This document shows positions 1 through 13,010 of a stretch of DNA of 64,000 bases, in pieces. This DNA is from Mobula hypostoma (taxonomy: Eukaryota), in NCBI RefSeq assembly GCF_963921235.1, contig NC_086097.1, forward strand, positions 213,778,001 to 213,842,000, given 5' to 3'. Below the pieces are notes generated by a model. It had not been told where the DNA came from and made no database searches. It saw only the letters and a list, made by a program, of their open reading frames with translations. Every line of letters begins with the position of its first letter. Within the stretch, counting starts at the first letter, position 1. The position numbers and the translations under genes were made by a program.

Positions 1-1115
1 TCGTCCCAGCAGACTGGCGCCGGCGGGTTTTCGACTCCATTCACAACTTAGCGCACCCGTCCATCAGGACAACCGTCCGGCTGGTCGCCAACAGGTTCAT
101 GTGGCGTGGGCTGCGTAAACAGGTCAGTGAATGGGCCAAAACGTGCATGCAGTGCCAAACGGCCAAGGTGCAGCGGCACACCAAGGCTCCGCCACAGCGG
201 TTCGAACCCACCCGCCGGAGGTTCGACCACATCCATGTGGATATCGTGGGGCCCCTGTCAGTGTCACGAGGAGTGCGGTACCTCCTGACTATGATAGACC
301 GGTTCACCAGATGGCCAGAGGCAGTCCCGCTCAACGACACCACCTCCGAATCCTGCGCCCGAGCACTGATCGCAACCTGGGTAGCCCGCTTCGGGGTACC
401 GGCCCACATTACCTCCGACAGGGGCGCAAATTTCACCTCCAGCCTGTGGTCAGCTATGGCCAGCCTTTTAGGATCGCAGCTACACCACACAACTGCCTAC
501 CACCCACAGTCGAACGGACTAGTGGAGCGCTTCCACTGTCACCTGAAATCAGCTCTCATGGCCGGCCTGGAGGGGCCTAACTGGGTGGACGAGCTTCCCT
601 GGGTCCTGCTCGGAATCCGCACGGCGCCCAAAGAGAATCTGCACACCTCGTCGGCCGAGTTGGTGTACGGCGCACCCCTGGTTGTCCCAGGAGTGTTCAT
701 ACCAGCCCCAAGGGGGCAAGAGGAAGAACCCACAACAGTCCTGGACAGACTACAGGAGAGGCTCGGTAACCTGGCCCCCATCCCCACTTCACAGCACGGA
801 CAGAGCCCGACCTGCGTACCCAAAGACCTGCAGAACTGTAAGTTTCTTTTTGTATGACGGGGCAGACACTGGGCACCACTACAGCGGCCCTACGAGGGGC
901 CGTTTAAGGTGATCAGGAACAACGGGTCCACGTTCGTGCTGAACATTGGGGGGAGAGAGGAGGTTTTCACGGTGGACTGACTCAAACCGGCCCATGTGGA
1001 CTTGGCGCAGCCGGTCCAGGCTCAGGCACCGCGGTGCAGGGGCAGACCTCCCAAACAGAGGCCGATCCAGACTGTGGACATTGGGGGAGGTATCACCGGT
1101 TCTGTGGTGGGGTTA
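1..1115 (+). mobile_element. pol: Ty3/Gypsy LTR retrotransposon, 3' part of pol (integrase, disrupted); truncated by the window start
   Basis: The frame from nt 3 reads IHNLAH...CMQC (HHCC zinc finger), then the DDE core HIHVDIVGP / TSDRG / GLVERFH. After a premature TGA (855-857) it continues with RPYEGPFKV (GPY/F module) and a second stop. A G-rich polypurine-tract-like stretch at about 1104-1112 precedes the LTR. Confidence 0.95.
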
Positions 1116-1400
1116 TGTGGCGACCCACTTTCTAGCACACACGAACCGGCTCACAACAACGCACGCAGGCCGAGGACCGGCCCCAAAAAGGGCGCCAGGC
1201 CATCTCCACCAGCAGGGGGAAAATCCCGCGCGCGGAAAGGGTCTGGGAATATGCATTCCCCACAGCAGTCCCGCCCCAGGGAGGGCGGGAACGGGAAGGC
1301 TTTAAAGCAGGCCGCGAAGTTTGAATAAATCTCTTTATCGCAACTCCAACTCACCGACTCCGTGTGGTTATTCTAGCGCTGTGTGTAGCACACCGCTACA
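1116..1400 (+). repeat. 3' LTR of the Gypsy element (285 bp)
   Basis: Termini TGTGGCG...CGCTACA (TG..CA, 6/7 inverted match); TTTAAA at 1301; AATAAA at 1324-1329; lies directly after the PPT-like tract. Confidence 0.9.
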
Positions 1401-1419
1401 GGCCGTGATTTTGATACAA

Positions 1420-2980
1420 AACACTGAACTGACCTAACATCACTTGCAGGTCCAGTGTGGAATGTGCTATCATCAACCAGCCTTCTGCAGACAGAAGATC
1501 ACGGACACCTTTGCATATTTGTTTTATTCCAGATGGGATGTGACAACGATTAAGTAATTTCCCGTCAGGTTGAAATTGGATTCTGAGGCTGGATGGTGGT
1601 GAATTGACTTGACTAAGATGATCAATGTTAGTCAGCTAGATGGAAAACAGTTTGGAATTGATCACATAGCCTTTGTGTAACCCCAGTCTGGATAGAGAAG
1701 GCATCAATCTCTAATCCTTGCTGGTCATATCATTGTGTAGAAGTCTCAGCACAGTGACAAGTTTCACCTGTCATCAGGGGATAATCCATTGATCTGTGTT
1801 TTAAGGAATTAATTGCTTTGGTCTATTTTGACTCAAACTATTTTGGGATAAGCCTTGCATGGACCCTGAAATCCACAGTGCTCAGAGTGGATGGAAACCA
1901 GGCCGTGTTTTCAATAGGATCTTCTCAGCAACCAGACAAAAGCAATTGAGAAGAATGTGGTTCAGAGTCTTATCCAAAACGGACAGACAGGCAATTCTCC
2001 CCTAGCATTGTTCCCAGTCCCATATATTGTCATGGTGCTTACATCCCTGAGCATCTTTCAGAGACAGAAGATGAACATGAGTTAAAACCCCACCAGCATG
2101 GGAGGTGTACCAGTCGCACATTTTATTGGTTTCATCTGTTGGATGACCTATTTGAGCTCTCTAATGGTCGATGGCTCGCCAATGAAACCCTCCACAGGGG
2201 GCGGGTTTCTGAATGCTGTGAAGTACCTTCTCTAATAGGATGGACTCACGGTTGAGGATGTTTGAAATGTTCCTTTAAACAATGACGGGTAGTGTCATCT
2301 TTCCTGAGAAACAATGAGCCATCCTGTGATCAGAGGAGGATCTGTTCAATAGAGAGTGTTCCATAGATTTTCCTGATAACCTGGCAGAGGTTGAGCAGGT
2401 CATGCTGCTCTGTGTAGCTCTGGAATTCCTCTCCACTCAACAGTTGCTTTCAGTGTCGCAGATGCTTCTCTGGATCTCAGACCACAGCTGATGATGTACT
2501 GTTGCCTCTAGCTGGGTTAATGGAAGGCTTTGCTATTTGATGGAGACTGCTCACATCTGCTGAAGGGGATCAGGAATCTGAATATCATTGACTTGAAAAC
2601 ATCATACTCCTGTCACTTTGACAATCCAATCACCTGAGTGCAGACCTCTTGGCAGGTGACATCAGGGTCACAAGTGTTCTGTCCCTTTGTCCCAGATTTT
2701 TTAGGTCTTCAACGTTTCCATAACGTGGGATTATAAGCATTTTATTGCCAGGCAGATGTTCATCACTGTGTGTACAATTGGTGGTTCTTTTAGTATTCTT
2801 CAGATCACCTCACAGCCATCCTACTGATGTGAGTCTCTATCTCTGCTAAGATAGGAATCTGTGTTCACCACACTGCACTGTGTTGCATGTGCTTAGCCAA
2901 GAGCAGGATTACATTGGCATTGGCCTTCAATAATTCCAGTCCATACTTTGTTGTCACTTCTAACCTTGGTAATAATGTTA
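1420..2980 (-). mobile_element. Highly degenerate RTE-clade LINE remnant (endonuclease to RT), apparently the target of the Gypsy insertion
   Basis: Manual minus-strand translation gives broken RTE motifs in the correct order: KANANVILLLAK, EPSTIRELK*VIQQMK, EKILLKTRPGFHP..STVD, KLVTVLRLLHNDM, DAFSIQTGVTQ. Confidence 0.7.
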
Positions 2981-3242
2981 ATTTCAAGTAAAATATAAGT
3001 AGAAGTGTATCATTAGTGTATCAACCACATACGTAAAATATTCCCCACTTCTCCTGTAAATCTTTGCTCTCTGGTTCTAGGATCTCCTGCCCTGAGAATA
3101 ACCACATTTCTTATCAACCTCCACAAAAATGTGAAGCACATTTCTGAGGCATGTTCTCCTTTGCAGAAATGTATGGTGACCCCTAATTATTCTATATCTT
3201 TGCAAGTGAACATAAATGTTCTCCCTCAGAATCTTCGCAAAC

Positions 3243-3365
3243 AGATTCAGAATCAGATTTACATGATTGATATCCGATGTGAAATTTGCTGTTTTGTGGC
3301 AGTGATGCAATGCAAAGACGTAAAAATCTATAAGTTAAAATAAAGAAACAAAATAAATAAAATAA
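3243..3365 (-). mobile_element. 3'-end fragment of a Rex1/L2-like LINE with (GATTCT)n tail
   Basis: Matches the 3' ends attached to RT-bearing copies at 10836 and 28930-29020; cagaatcagattt tail. Confidence 0.6.
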
Positions 3366-3879
3366 TTAAGATCAGAGTTGAATCATACCCTGACTCTATC
3401 ACTGAAATCAGGTTGGTAGATTGATTTCAGCTAAGAAGTAAGCGTGAGTGTATCCTCCACTGAACTCCAGGCTTTTGCTATGAGCAGAGATGCTAATACT
3501 GTGCCTTGTAGGCTCCTGAAACATGAAGGCTCCTTGCCACTCTGGATAATCATTCTTTTGGTTGTCAATTATCAGTCTCACATTCCAGGTTATGATGTTT
3601 AGCCTGTTGATGTTTTATCTGCACCAGTGATCATCCTATTGGGTGCGATTTCCCAGCCAAGAGAGGTAAGGCAGCCTATCCCTGAGGCATCTTTTCTAGC
3701 CCTCTCTCAATTCAGGGTGAGCAATGAGTATCTTGTAGAGGACTAATCAATCACAGATGCATCTGTTAAAGGACCTTCCTGTCTTGAAGAGAAGGCCATA
3801 TACATCCAGGAGGTGAGCAATAAATTACACTGGCCTGACTGCTGATACAAGAGTGACAGTACATGAAAGCATTTGAAAA

Positions 3880-5020
3880 AGTTATCTTGTGGCTTCAGAC
3901 AAGTTAAGAGCCCATGGTATCACAGGAAAGATACTAACATGGATAGAGCATTGGATGATTGGCAGGAGACAAAGAGTGGGAATAAAAGGTGTCTTTTCTG
4001 CTTGGCTGCGAGTGACGTGGTGTTCCACAGGGGTCTGTGTTGGGACTGCTTCTTTTTACTTTAGATATGTCAATGATTTGGATGACGGAATTGATAACTT
4101 TGAGCCAAGTCTATGGATGATGCGAAGATAGGTGGAGTGGCAGGTAGCTTGAGGAAGCTGAGAGGCTACAGAAGGATTTAGAGAAATTAGTAGAATGGGC
4201 AAAGAAGTGGCAAATGGAATACAGTGCCAGAAGTGTATTGTCATGCACTTTAGTTGAAGAAATAAAAGCATAGACTATTTTCTAAATGGAGAGAAAATTC
4301 AAAAATCTGAGGTGCAAAGGGTCCCTAAAGGTTAATTTGCAGGTTGAGTCTGTGGTGAGGAAGGCAAAAGGGATGCTAGCATTCATTTTGAGAGGGCTAA
4401 AATATAAAAGAAAGGATGTAATGTTGCGGCTTTATAAAACACTGGTGAGGCCTCACTTGGAATACCGAAAACAGTTTTATGCCCCTTATCTAAGAAAGTA
4501 TGTGCGGACATTGGAGACAGTTCAAAGGAGATTCATGAAAATAATTCTGGGATTGAAAGGCTTTTCATATGAGGAGTGATTGATGGCTCTGGGCCTCTAC
4601 TCACTGGAATTCAGAAGAATGAGTGGGGACTTCATTGAAACCTATCGAATGTTGAAAGGACTAGATGGAATGGATGTGGAGAGAATGTTTCCAATGGTGG
4701 GGGAGCCTAAGACCAGAGGACACAGCCTCAGAATAGAGGGATGTTCATTTAGAATGGAAATGACAAGGAATTTCTTTAGCCAGAGAGTGGTGTATCTGTG
4801 GAATTCGTTGCCACAGGCGGCTGTGGAGACAAAGGTATTGGGTATATTTAAGGCAGAGGTTGATAGATTCTTGATTAGTCAGGGCATGAAGTGGTATGGG
4901 GAGAAGGTAGGAGACTGGGGCTGAGAGGAAAAATGGATCCGCTATGAAGAAATGGTGGATCAGGCTTAATGGGCCAGATGGCCTAATTCTGCTCCTATAT
5001 CGTATGGTCTTATGGTTTTA
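3880..5020 (+). mobile_element. CR1-clade (HER1-like) LINE, 5'-truncated, degenerate RT C-terminus and 3' UTR
   Basis: KLRAHGITGKILTWIEHW, LYKTLVRPHLEY, RNFFSQRVVYLWNSLP; 3' tail of tatggtct repeats. Confidence 0.93.
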
Positions 5021-5058
5021 TTACTGGGACTTCTCAGATCTATAAGCCTTGTCTCCTT

Positions 5059-5830
5059 GCAACACACACAGAATGCTGGAGAAGCTCAGCAGGCCAGACA
5101 GCATCTATGCAAAGAGTAGAGTCAACATTTCAGGCCGAGACCCCTCAGCTGGACTGTAAAAAGAAAGATGAGAAGTCAAAGTTGAAAAGTGGAGGGAGGG
5201 GAGGGAGAAACACAAGGTGATAGGTGAATTCGGGGGGGGGGGGTGAAGTAAAGAGCTGGGAGGTTGATTGGTGAGAGAGATACAAGACTGGAGATAAGTT
5301 GCTCCTCCAACCTGAGTATGGCCTCATCATGACAAGTTGGAGGAGCAGCACCTTATATTCCGTCAGGGTAGCCTCCAACTTGATGGCATGAACATCTATT
5401 TCTCATGCTTCCGGAACCCCCCCCCCCACCATTCCTCATCCCCTTTTCCCTCTATCAATTTAATTCCTTAGCTGCCCTTCACCTCCCTCTGGTGCTGATC
5501 CTCTTTTTCCTTCTTTCATGGCCTTCTGTCCTCTCCGATTAGATTCCCGCTTCTCCAACCCTATATCTCTCTTCACCAATCAACTTCCCAACTCTGTACT
5601 TCACCCCTCCTTTCCCCTCCCAATTTCACCCATCACCTTGTGTTTTTCCCTCCCTTCCCCCCACCTACTAACCCTGAGCCCTCGTCTTTTTCTCTCCAGT
5701 CCTGCTGAAAGGTCTCGGCCCTAAACATCGACTGTACCTCTTTTCCAGAGATGCTGCCTGTCCTGCTGAGTTCCTCCAGCACTTTGTGTGCGTTGCTCGG
5801 ATTTCCAGCATCTGCAGATTTTCTCTTGCT
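5059..5830 (+). mobile_element. Penelope-like element 3' fragment with an inverted 5' segment
   Basis: 5059-~5335 is the terminal repeat in antisense. 5337-5405 encodes LEEQHLIFRQGSLQLDGMNI (GIY-YIG C-terminus), followed by a pyrimidine-rich UTR and the sense terminal repeat at 5697-5830. Degenerate flanking repeat gcc(t)tgtctcctt at 5046-5058 and 5842-5853. Confidence 0.85.
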
Positions 5831-6224
5831 TTTGATTGGAGGCCTGTCTCCTTTTTCAATCTTCTATTGCCACAAGATGTTTGGCTCTGGAAAGAGCCTG
5901 TACATGTCATGTCATCCAGTGCATTTGGACCCGTGTGGATTAATTGGTGACTGAGCTCAGTGACATGATGGAATGTGACAACAGGGACCATTTTTTCCAT
6001 GTTCACGGCCATGGAAGCCTCAGGATTTCATGACTCTCTTCGCCCTTGAGGACTTATTGGACCGTTGTCTGGCGCTGCTGGGAGCATAAGCTGCAAGGAC
6101 CCTCAAGCCTCTCTGCCACAACAAACCGATGACCCATATAGAGGGATTAGCCCGTGAAGCTGAGGAGATCCTATGCTTGTTAGGTAGATGGATGGAGATT
6201 TTGAGTTATTGAGTGATGAGTGTG

Positions 6225-6425
6225 TACTGCAAGGAGTTTGTACGCTCTCCCCATGACCGCATGGGTTTCCTCACATGGTCAAAAGACGTACTGGTTGATA
6301 GGTTAATTGGTCAGTGTAAATTGTCCTGTGATTAGGCTTGGACTAAACTGGGGGGTTGCTGGGCAGCGCGGATTGAGAGGCCAGAGGGCATATTCTATGC
6401 TTATTCTCAATAAATAATAAATAAA
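6225..6425 (+). mobile_element. 5'-truncated HE1-like V-SINE
   Basis: V-domain-like ctctccccatgaccgcatgggtttcctc; collinear with the full copy at 39884-40165; (taaa)n tail. Confidence 0.8.
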
Positions 6426-6429
6426 CCAA

Positions 6430-6960
6430 ATCCAAGCTGGAGTAGATAGGATATGGTGCTTGAAGCTACACCCTGTGATCCTGACTGTGTGCACGAGGTC
6501 ATTAACCAGTTTTTTAGCTCTGGCCCCAGAAATACTCTCCCAGAAATTCCTGATCCCACTGCCTTCAGTGTACAGTATTTACCAGGGCTTAGAGGGTCTC
6601 CTGGATCCAGCAGAGGCAGGTCATCAGTCCTACTCTCCATATCTTGCACCATCAGCACTGGTCTCCCGAATAATCTCATACTGAATGTCTCTTGATTCAG
6701 CTTCAACATCCAGAACCTCTGCAGGACACAGAGCATTTGAGCTGCAGCTTGTCTTTAAACTACACCAGCCAGCTTTAATTGTTTCCAGTCACTTGTGAAT
6801 CTGGCCCTGCTCTTAAAGTCTCGGGCTACACACTTAAATCAACAAAGTCAATGCACTACCTCCATCAGAAATGCAAGCACGCGCTAATCCAACACCACAA
6901 TCTTCACATCTTTCATGGGGGCTTCCCACTTTAGCCTCCTGGAGGCATTAATTGGCAATG
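6430..6960 (-). mobile_element. Possible very old L1/Tx1-type ORF2 remnant (end of endonuclease)
   Basis: Weak motifs only: SDGG..IDFV followed by FWMLKLN, resembling SRIDF and GxWKLN. Confidence 0.3.
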
Positions 6961-7734
6961 GCTTCACGTTTTAGCTTTAAGGAGCAGTATTTGTATAGGT
7001 ATGGGTTGATTATTGTCACATGGACCAAAAATCTGTGAAAGGCTTGTCTTGCATATTGTTTATATGGATCAAATCATTAGACAGTGTTGTAGCTAGACAA
7101 TCTTGTAGGCAATCTTGATGAAGATAACTTTTTCAAATGCTTTCATGTACTGTCACTCTTGTATGAACAGTCAGGCCAGTGCAATTTATTGCTCACTCCT
7201 GGATGTATGTGGCCATCCCTTCAAGCTGCTGTTTATTGTAAACTGGTTTTTCAATCCAAACAGAACTGCTTTCTCCTCCAGGAACCCGCTGCCGGACGGA
7301 GACACTCTGCCTCAACCATTGAAGGGGGTGGAGAACTCAAAAAACTGGCAACTGGCAGTGCTGCAAGTTCCGTATCCGAGCATCAAAATACTCGACACTA
7401 CTCCTAAAGTTCAGAGTTGCACTCCTCAGTGGAGTTGAGTCCCAGAGGCAGAGCGGGACACTTCCTGTTCTCAGTTCCATGGGGTCCGAGGTGGGTGTTA
7501 TAATCCATGTGGACTGGGCCATAAGCAGACCGGGAGGTGCTTGACAGAATGTGCAGGTGGCTAGTTTTGGAGATGTTGCAGTGTTTTCACTGTACTTCTG
7601 TGTGTTCCCAAGAAAGAGACCTGAGATGCTTTGTGAATTGCAGTGTGGCCTGGTCCAGAGATTCCCATGTGCTAGTGAGAAAATAGAGCAAAAAGCATAC
7701 CACAAATCTTATGCTGATTTACACTAAATGTCCT

Positions 7735-8900
7735 CCTCCTGTGTGTCATTCATATCCCTCAATTCCCTTCATATCCACGTGTCTATCTCAATGCTTTTCA
7801 AACTCCACCAAACTGCCTGATCCCACTACTACACCTGGTAACTCATTCCAGGCACCAACAATCTCTGTGTAAAACTGTCATCCCTTTTGCTGCCTTCAAA
7901 GCTCACCCCTCTAATCCTGCACTCTATCTTCTGGTTTCGACATTTCCACCCTGGGGAACAGATTTTGATTGTCTACCCTATCCATGTCTCTCATAATTTT
8001 AAAAACCTCTATCTAGTCTCCCTTCAGCCTCCAGTGCTCTAAGGAGAACAACACAAGCTTGCCCAGCCTTGTGGAACGTCATTGGTCACGAACCTTCAGC
8101 CGGCATGACATCCTTCCACTCCTGCACTCTATCGTCTATGCACAAAGCAGTTCCCAATCTAAATTTGCAAGTCACCAGGGATCCCATGAAACTTTATCTT
8201 CTGAAGAAACCTACTATGAGGGACCTTGTCGAATACCTTCCTGAAGTCCATGCCACTCCCCCTTATCACGACTAAAACAACAAAACATTGAGCGGCCAGA
8301 GTTGTCCGCCATGGATCAGTAATGGCAACAACATTGTAATTCCATGTACAGATATCCAGGCTCTAGTTCACTCTGCTTGCCCATAATACTCCTGGAGTTG
8401 AAATGAACACATTTCAGCCCATCAGTTCCACCATGTTTACTAGCCCGACCCTTGCTATCCTTCCTTTCAGACCTACTTGTCCTACCATTCTTATAGCCCT
8501 CAAACCTACCATTCTCCTGCCACTGTAAACCTTCCCGAGTAGCGCTAACAGCCCTCTTGACAAGGGTATTGTTTCCCCTCCAGTTCAGATGCCAACCATC
8601 TTGTTTCTACAGGCTCCAACAACCTGGAAGAGACTGGTGCCCAATAAACCTGATCTCTCCTTCCTGTACCAGATCCTCAGCCACATACTGAACTTTGTTT
8701 CTCACCTCTCTGGTTACATGGCATGGAAAGGATTCTGAGATACAACCCTGCCTTTTAACTTTCTGTCTAGCTCCCTAAAATCCCGTTGCAGGATCTCATC
8801 TCTACCCCTGCTGGTGCCATTGATACCTAAAGTGGACCTTGGCATCCCGCTGCTCATCCTCCCCTGTACCCACTGCAAGACATCCTTGACCCTGGCACAA
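7735..8900 (-). mobile_element. Degenerate, internally deleted CR1 LINE pieces
   Basis: 7735-8230 resembles the antisense CR1 3' region seen at 53540-54610 (cattccaggcacc, cttcagcctcc, accttgtcgaataccttcctgaagtccat). The assignment of 8520-8900 is less certain. Confidence 0.55.
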
Positions 8901-10835
8901 TTACATTTCTATTTTATATGATTTTACATTATTTATAGAACGTTATTTTCAAGAAGAGTTTGAGAAGAATATCCTTGAAGCATTTCCTCTGTTGGCCTGG
9001 TAAAGAAACTCATGTAGGAGCCCAGGGTGGAGCGTCTGGTTAGGGAATTTGGAAACAGCGTGGCCTGCCTAACCGAGCCAGCTGAGTGTAAGTAGTGTCT
9101 CGACGTAGAAACATTGACATAGAAAAAAAGTCCTAGTATTAGTTCATTTATCCTGCCAGTGGATTGAGAGGATTTTGCAGAATTGACTGCGATGGTACCT
9201 CTGCTGTGCTTTTAGGGGCTCATCAAAGGTGTTCCGTGTCTTTGAGACATTAAGGAGGGTATAGGTAAGGATCTGTGAGCCTTGACCAGAGGGAAATTTC
9301 TAGGTGATTGATCTTTAAGGGTAGGTGAGTGAAGGAAATTCTGCCCACAATCTCAGCACTTAATGACCTGGTTAATTTCTCAGGTTGGTGCGCATTAGTA
9401 AAACAGTTAAAGGTCTAACCCTGCTTTATTCAATGAGATCAGTTTCTTAGTGAAGAGGCACGATTAAGTCAGCCCTAACAAGCCCTGATTCGACAGAAGA
9501 GACTACATTTTGAAGTGTAATTTCCTACAAATTTTCTTCTCTGATTTGTAAACTTTTATTTCTTACAAAAGAATGCAGCATCGAAACATTTCTCCATTCA
9601 AAACTTCATCCAGTCACTGCGTTATCTCTGAACAAGAGAGACATCAATTTCTCAATGTTGCTTTAAGGTTTAGTTTTGCTGTATTTCAAATTTCAGGAGA
9701 GCAACTATATTGGATAGGCAGATTGAAACGTGAAAATCATGGGCATTGCAGCTTTAAAAAGAAGACATTTGTTGCACAGTCAAACACTGGAAACCATGGA
9801 GACTAACAGACTGAAGTGACTTGAAAAGCCCAGTGGGAGCTTGACAGTGACAAATGAATCATTAACAATACCTACAATAACCGAAAAAGAGTCAGTAGAT
9901 CCATATGGGAGCTAGACACAGCATGCCTCATCAGCCTCTCAACAATTTCTCTACGACTGATGTCCAGATATTCTCTGACAGCCATTTTTCATCTCTGTCC
10001 CCTTTTAGTTGCCTCACTGCATTTCCTCCTTCAGCCAGAAAGCCAGGATGGTTGTAAGCGTGACTTTCTCCACAGCTGCCATCAATAAAGCTTTTTAATT
10101 GACCAACAAGAAATACACTCTTAAGGTCAGTAGCAGAAACGGGCACTTTTTCTCTCTGGTTGACATCTGTACAGCGGCTGTTGCTGCTGAGTGACTCATC
10201 CACTGGCCTTGATGAAAGTTTGAAACTCACTAAAACAGAGTTATTGACTCTTGAGTAACAGTTTAATTTGGGAATTGAACTTTAGCCTTCTGAGTGGGAA
10301 TCTAATACTTTGTCATTGGAATAACCAATAGGTTGGTAAATGGAGTCCTGATAATACAAATATAGTCTGGAAATGAAACGTAAAATAATAACAAATAAGC
10401 AGAAGATGTAGCAAATATTTGTCCTGGATTAAGGAGTTCTAGCTTGGTGCCTTTGCAATTAACACTTTAATTTCTGAAATTCTTAGGAAAACAGCTACAG
10501 AAGTTGCAATCATATTGAACTTAATTTTATCAGGAGGTTCTTAATACAGGTTTTATTACTCACTATTTCTGAATATCTCCTGATCAGCAGAATAAAAGAT
10601 TTATTGGTTGTTTATATCTTTATTTATTCCACCCTTATATTAAACCATAAATCACCAATAAAATTTTAGGGGATACAAAACCAGCCAATGTTGTATCCAT
10701 TTTATGAGAATAGAGAATTGAAATAAGGCCCAGTTTTCGTGACAAATCTCTTGTTGCCCCAATACCCTTAAAAAAAATGTCTGAATCAATATTGTATTTG
10801 GTTATTAATCAGGTGTCCAAAGGCACAGGGATGTT

Positions 10836-13010
10836 CAAAATCAGGTTTAATATCACTGGCATATGTCATAAAATCTGTTGGCTTGCAGCAGTGGTACATT
10901 TCAATACATATTAATAAAAATGATAAATTACAATAAGAACCATATATATAAATTAAATTATATAAGTAATGCAAAAAGAGAGAAAAATACTGAGGTTGTG
11001 TTCAGGGGTTCTTTGTCCATTCAGAAGTCTGATGGTAGTAGGGAAAAGGTTGTTCCTGAAACATTGAGTACGTGCCTTCAGACTCCTTTATCTCCTTGAT
11101 GGTAGCAATGAGAAAGGGGCATGTCCTGGGTGATGGGGACCCTCACTGATGGTGGTGCCTTTTGAAGGTGTCTTGGATGCTGGGGAGGCTAGTGGAGTGG
11201 GCTGGGTCTGAAACTTTCTGTGGCTTTTTCTGATCGTTTGCAGTGCCCCCTCCGTATCAGACGGTGATGCAAGCAGTTAGAAGGCTCTTCACAGTATGTT
11301 CGTAGTAATTCGCGAGCATCTTTGGTGACATACCAATTCTCCTTAAACTCCTCATGAAATATAGCTGTAATGCCTTCTCTGTAATTGCGTCAATATGTTG
11401 GATTCAGGATAAATCTTCAAAGATGTTAACACCCAGGAACTTGAAACTGCTCACTCTTTTCACTTCCGATCCTTCAAAAGGACTGGAATTCCCTCGACTT
11501 CCCCTTCCTGAAGTCCACAATCAATTCCTTGGTCTTACAGACATTGAATGCAAGATTTCTGCAGTGAAACCACTCAACTAGCTGATATATCTCACTCCTA
11601 TACACGTCTTCATCACCATCTGATATTCTGCCAAAAATAGTTGTGTCATTGGCAAATTTATAGAAGGGATTTGAACTGTGCCTAGCCACACATTTGTGGG
11701 TGTAGAGAGAGTAGAGCAGTGGGTTAAGCACACATCTTTGAGGGTGCCATTGTTGACTGTCAGCAAGGTGGAGATGTTATTTCTGATCTGCACAGACTAT
11801 GATCTCCCTGTGAGGAAGTCAAGAATCCATTTGCAGAGGGAGGTATGGAGACCCAGGTTTTGGAGCTTGTTGATTAGAACTGAGGGTATTGTTCTGTTGA
11901 ATGCGGAGCTGTAGTCAATAAACAGCAGCCATACATAGGTATTACTACTGTCCTTATGATTTAAGGCTGAAAGGAGAGCGAGTGAGATTGCATCTGCTGT
12001 AGACCTATTGTAGCAATAGGCAAATTGCAGCAGGTGCAGGTCCTTGGTTGGTCAGAAGTTAATTCTATCCATGACCAAACTCTCAAAGCTCTTCATCACT
12101 GTAGTTGTGAGTGCCACTGGGTGATGGTGGTTGAGAAAGCTCACCTTGCTCTCCTCGGGCACTGGTATGACTGAGGCCTCCATCAGTCTGGTCGATCATG
12201 GATACTGCTTCCCAGCTGTCTAGACACACAACCCTGGGCAGTACGATATGGACAGCAAGTTGTTGCCCATGTAGCAAGCTTCCCCTCTCCACGCATCTGA
12301 TGAACCCAAAGGAATGGCAGAGACTGATACAGTTTGGTACCAGTGGTGTTGCAGGAGTTGCCAGTCAGCATTGAACTCAACAGAGGACTACCTTAGGAAC
12401 TCCAACTCTGGAGTTTTCCCTCGGGGTTTATTCCCAAAGCCTTCCCCATGAGTGGGTATAGCTACAAAGCAGTGGAGGTTTGAGATCAGGGTGTTTCTTC
12501 TCCTAGATGAATTGCAAACCGCTGCTGATGAGACCCATCTGCCTGAAGCAACTGGTTTTACAGTGCCAGTAATCCGCCTTTGCTCCTTCTCCTGTCAGTA
12601 GAAACAGCTCTGCTGGGCTTAGAAGCTAAGCCACATGTGAAGGCCAGGAGCTGGACTTCGTTGTCACAGGCTATTTGAGGTGAAGGCTATTGGGAACATT
12701 TAATAGGTAGTGGGAGCTTGTCCCCATTACCAACCCCGGCTATAATAACTGTAAGAAACCTGGTATGATTGTTGTCCTTTTTAAAGCAGGTGGGAATTTC
12801 CAGCTGCAGCAGTGAGAGATTGAAGATGTCCTTGAATGCTTCTGCCAGCTGGTTGGCACAGATTTTCAGAGCCCAACCAGATACACCATTAGGGCCTGAT
12901 GCCTTGCGAGGTTCACCCTCTTGAAAGATGTTCTGATGTTGGCCTCTGAGACAGAGATCACAGGGTCACCAGATGCTGCAGGGATTCGCACAGGTGTAGT
13001 TTTATTCTGA
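10836..13010 (-). mobile_element. Rex1/Babar-type LINE, 5'-truncated and degenerate, interrupted at 12171-12759
   Basis: PLLYSLYTHKCVA...YKFANDTTIFGRISDGDE...NVCKTKELIVDFRK; KFLGVNI; 3' tail gatattaaacctgattttga. Confidence 0.88.
12171..12759. mobile_element. 589-bp non-coding insertion, probably an RTE-related non-autonomous element
   Basis: Bounded by the 9-bp direct repeat ctggtatga (12162-12170 and 12760-12768); removing it rejoins the host LINE. The family call is from recalled resemblance only. Confidence 0.65.

Noticed and set aside
12290..12550. Two CTGATGA boxes in the 589-bp insert as possible hammerheads
   Set aside because: No properly placed GAAA box or convincing stem II.
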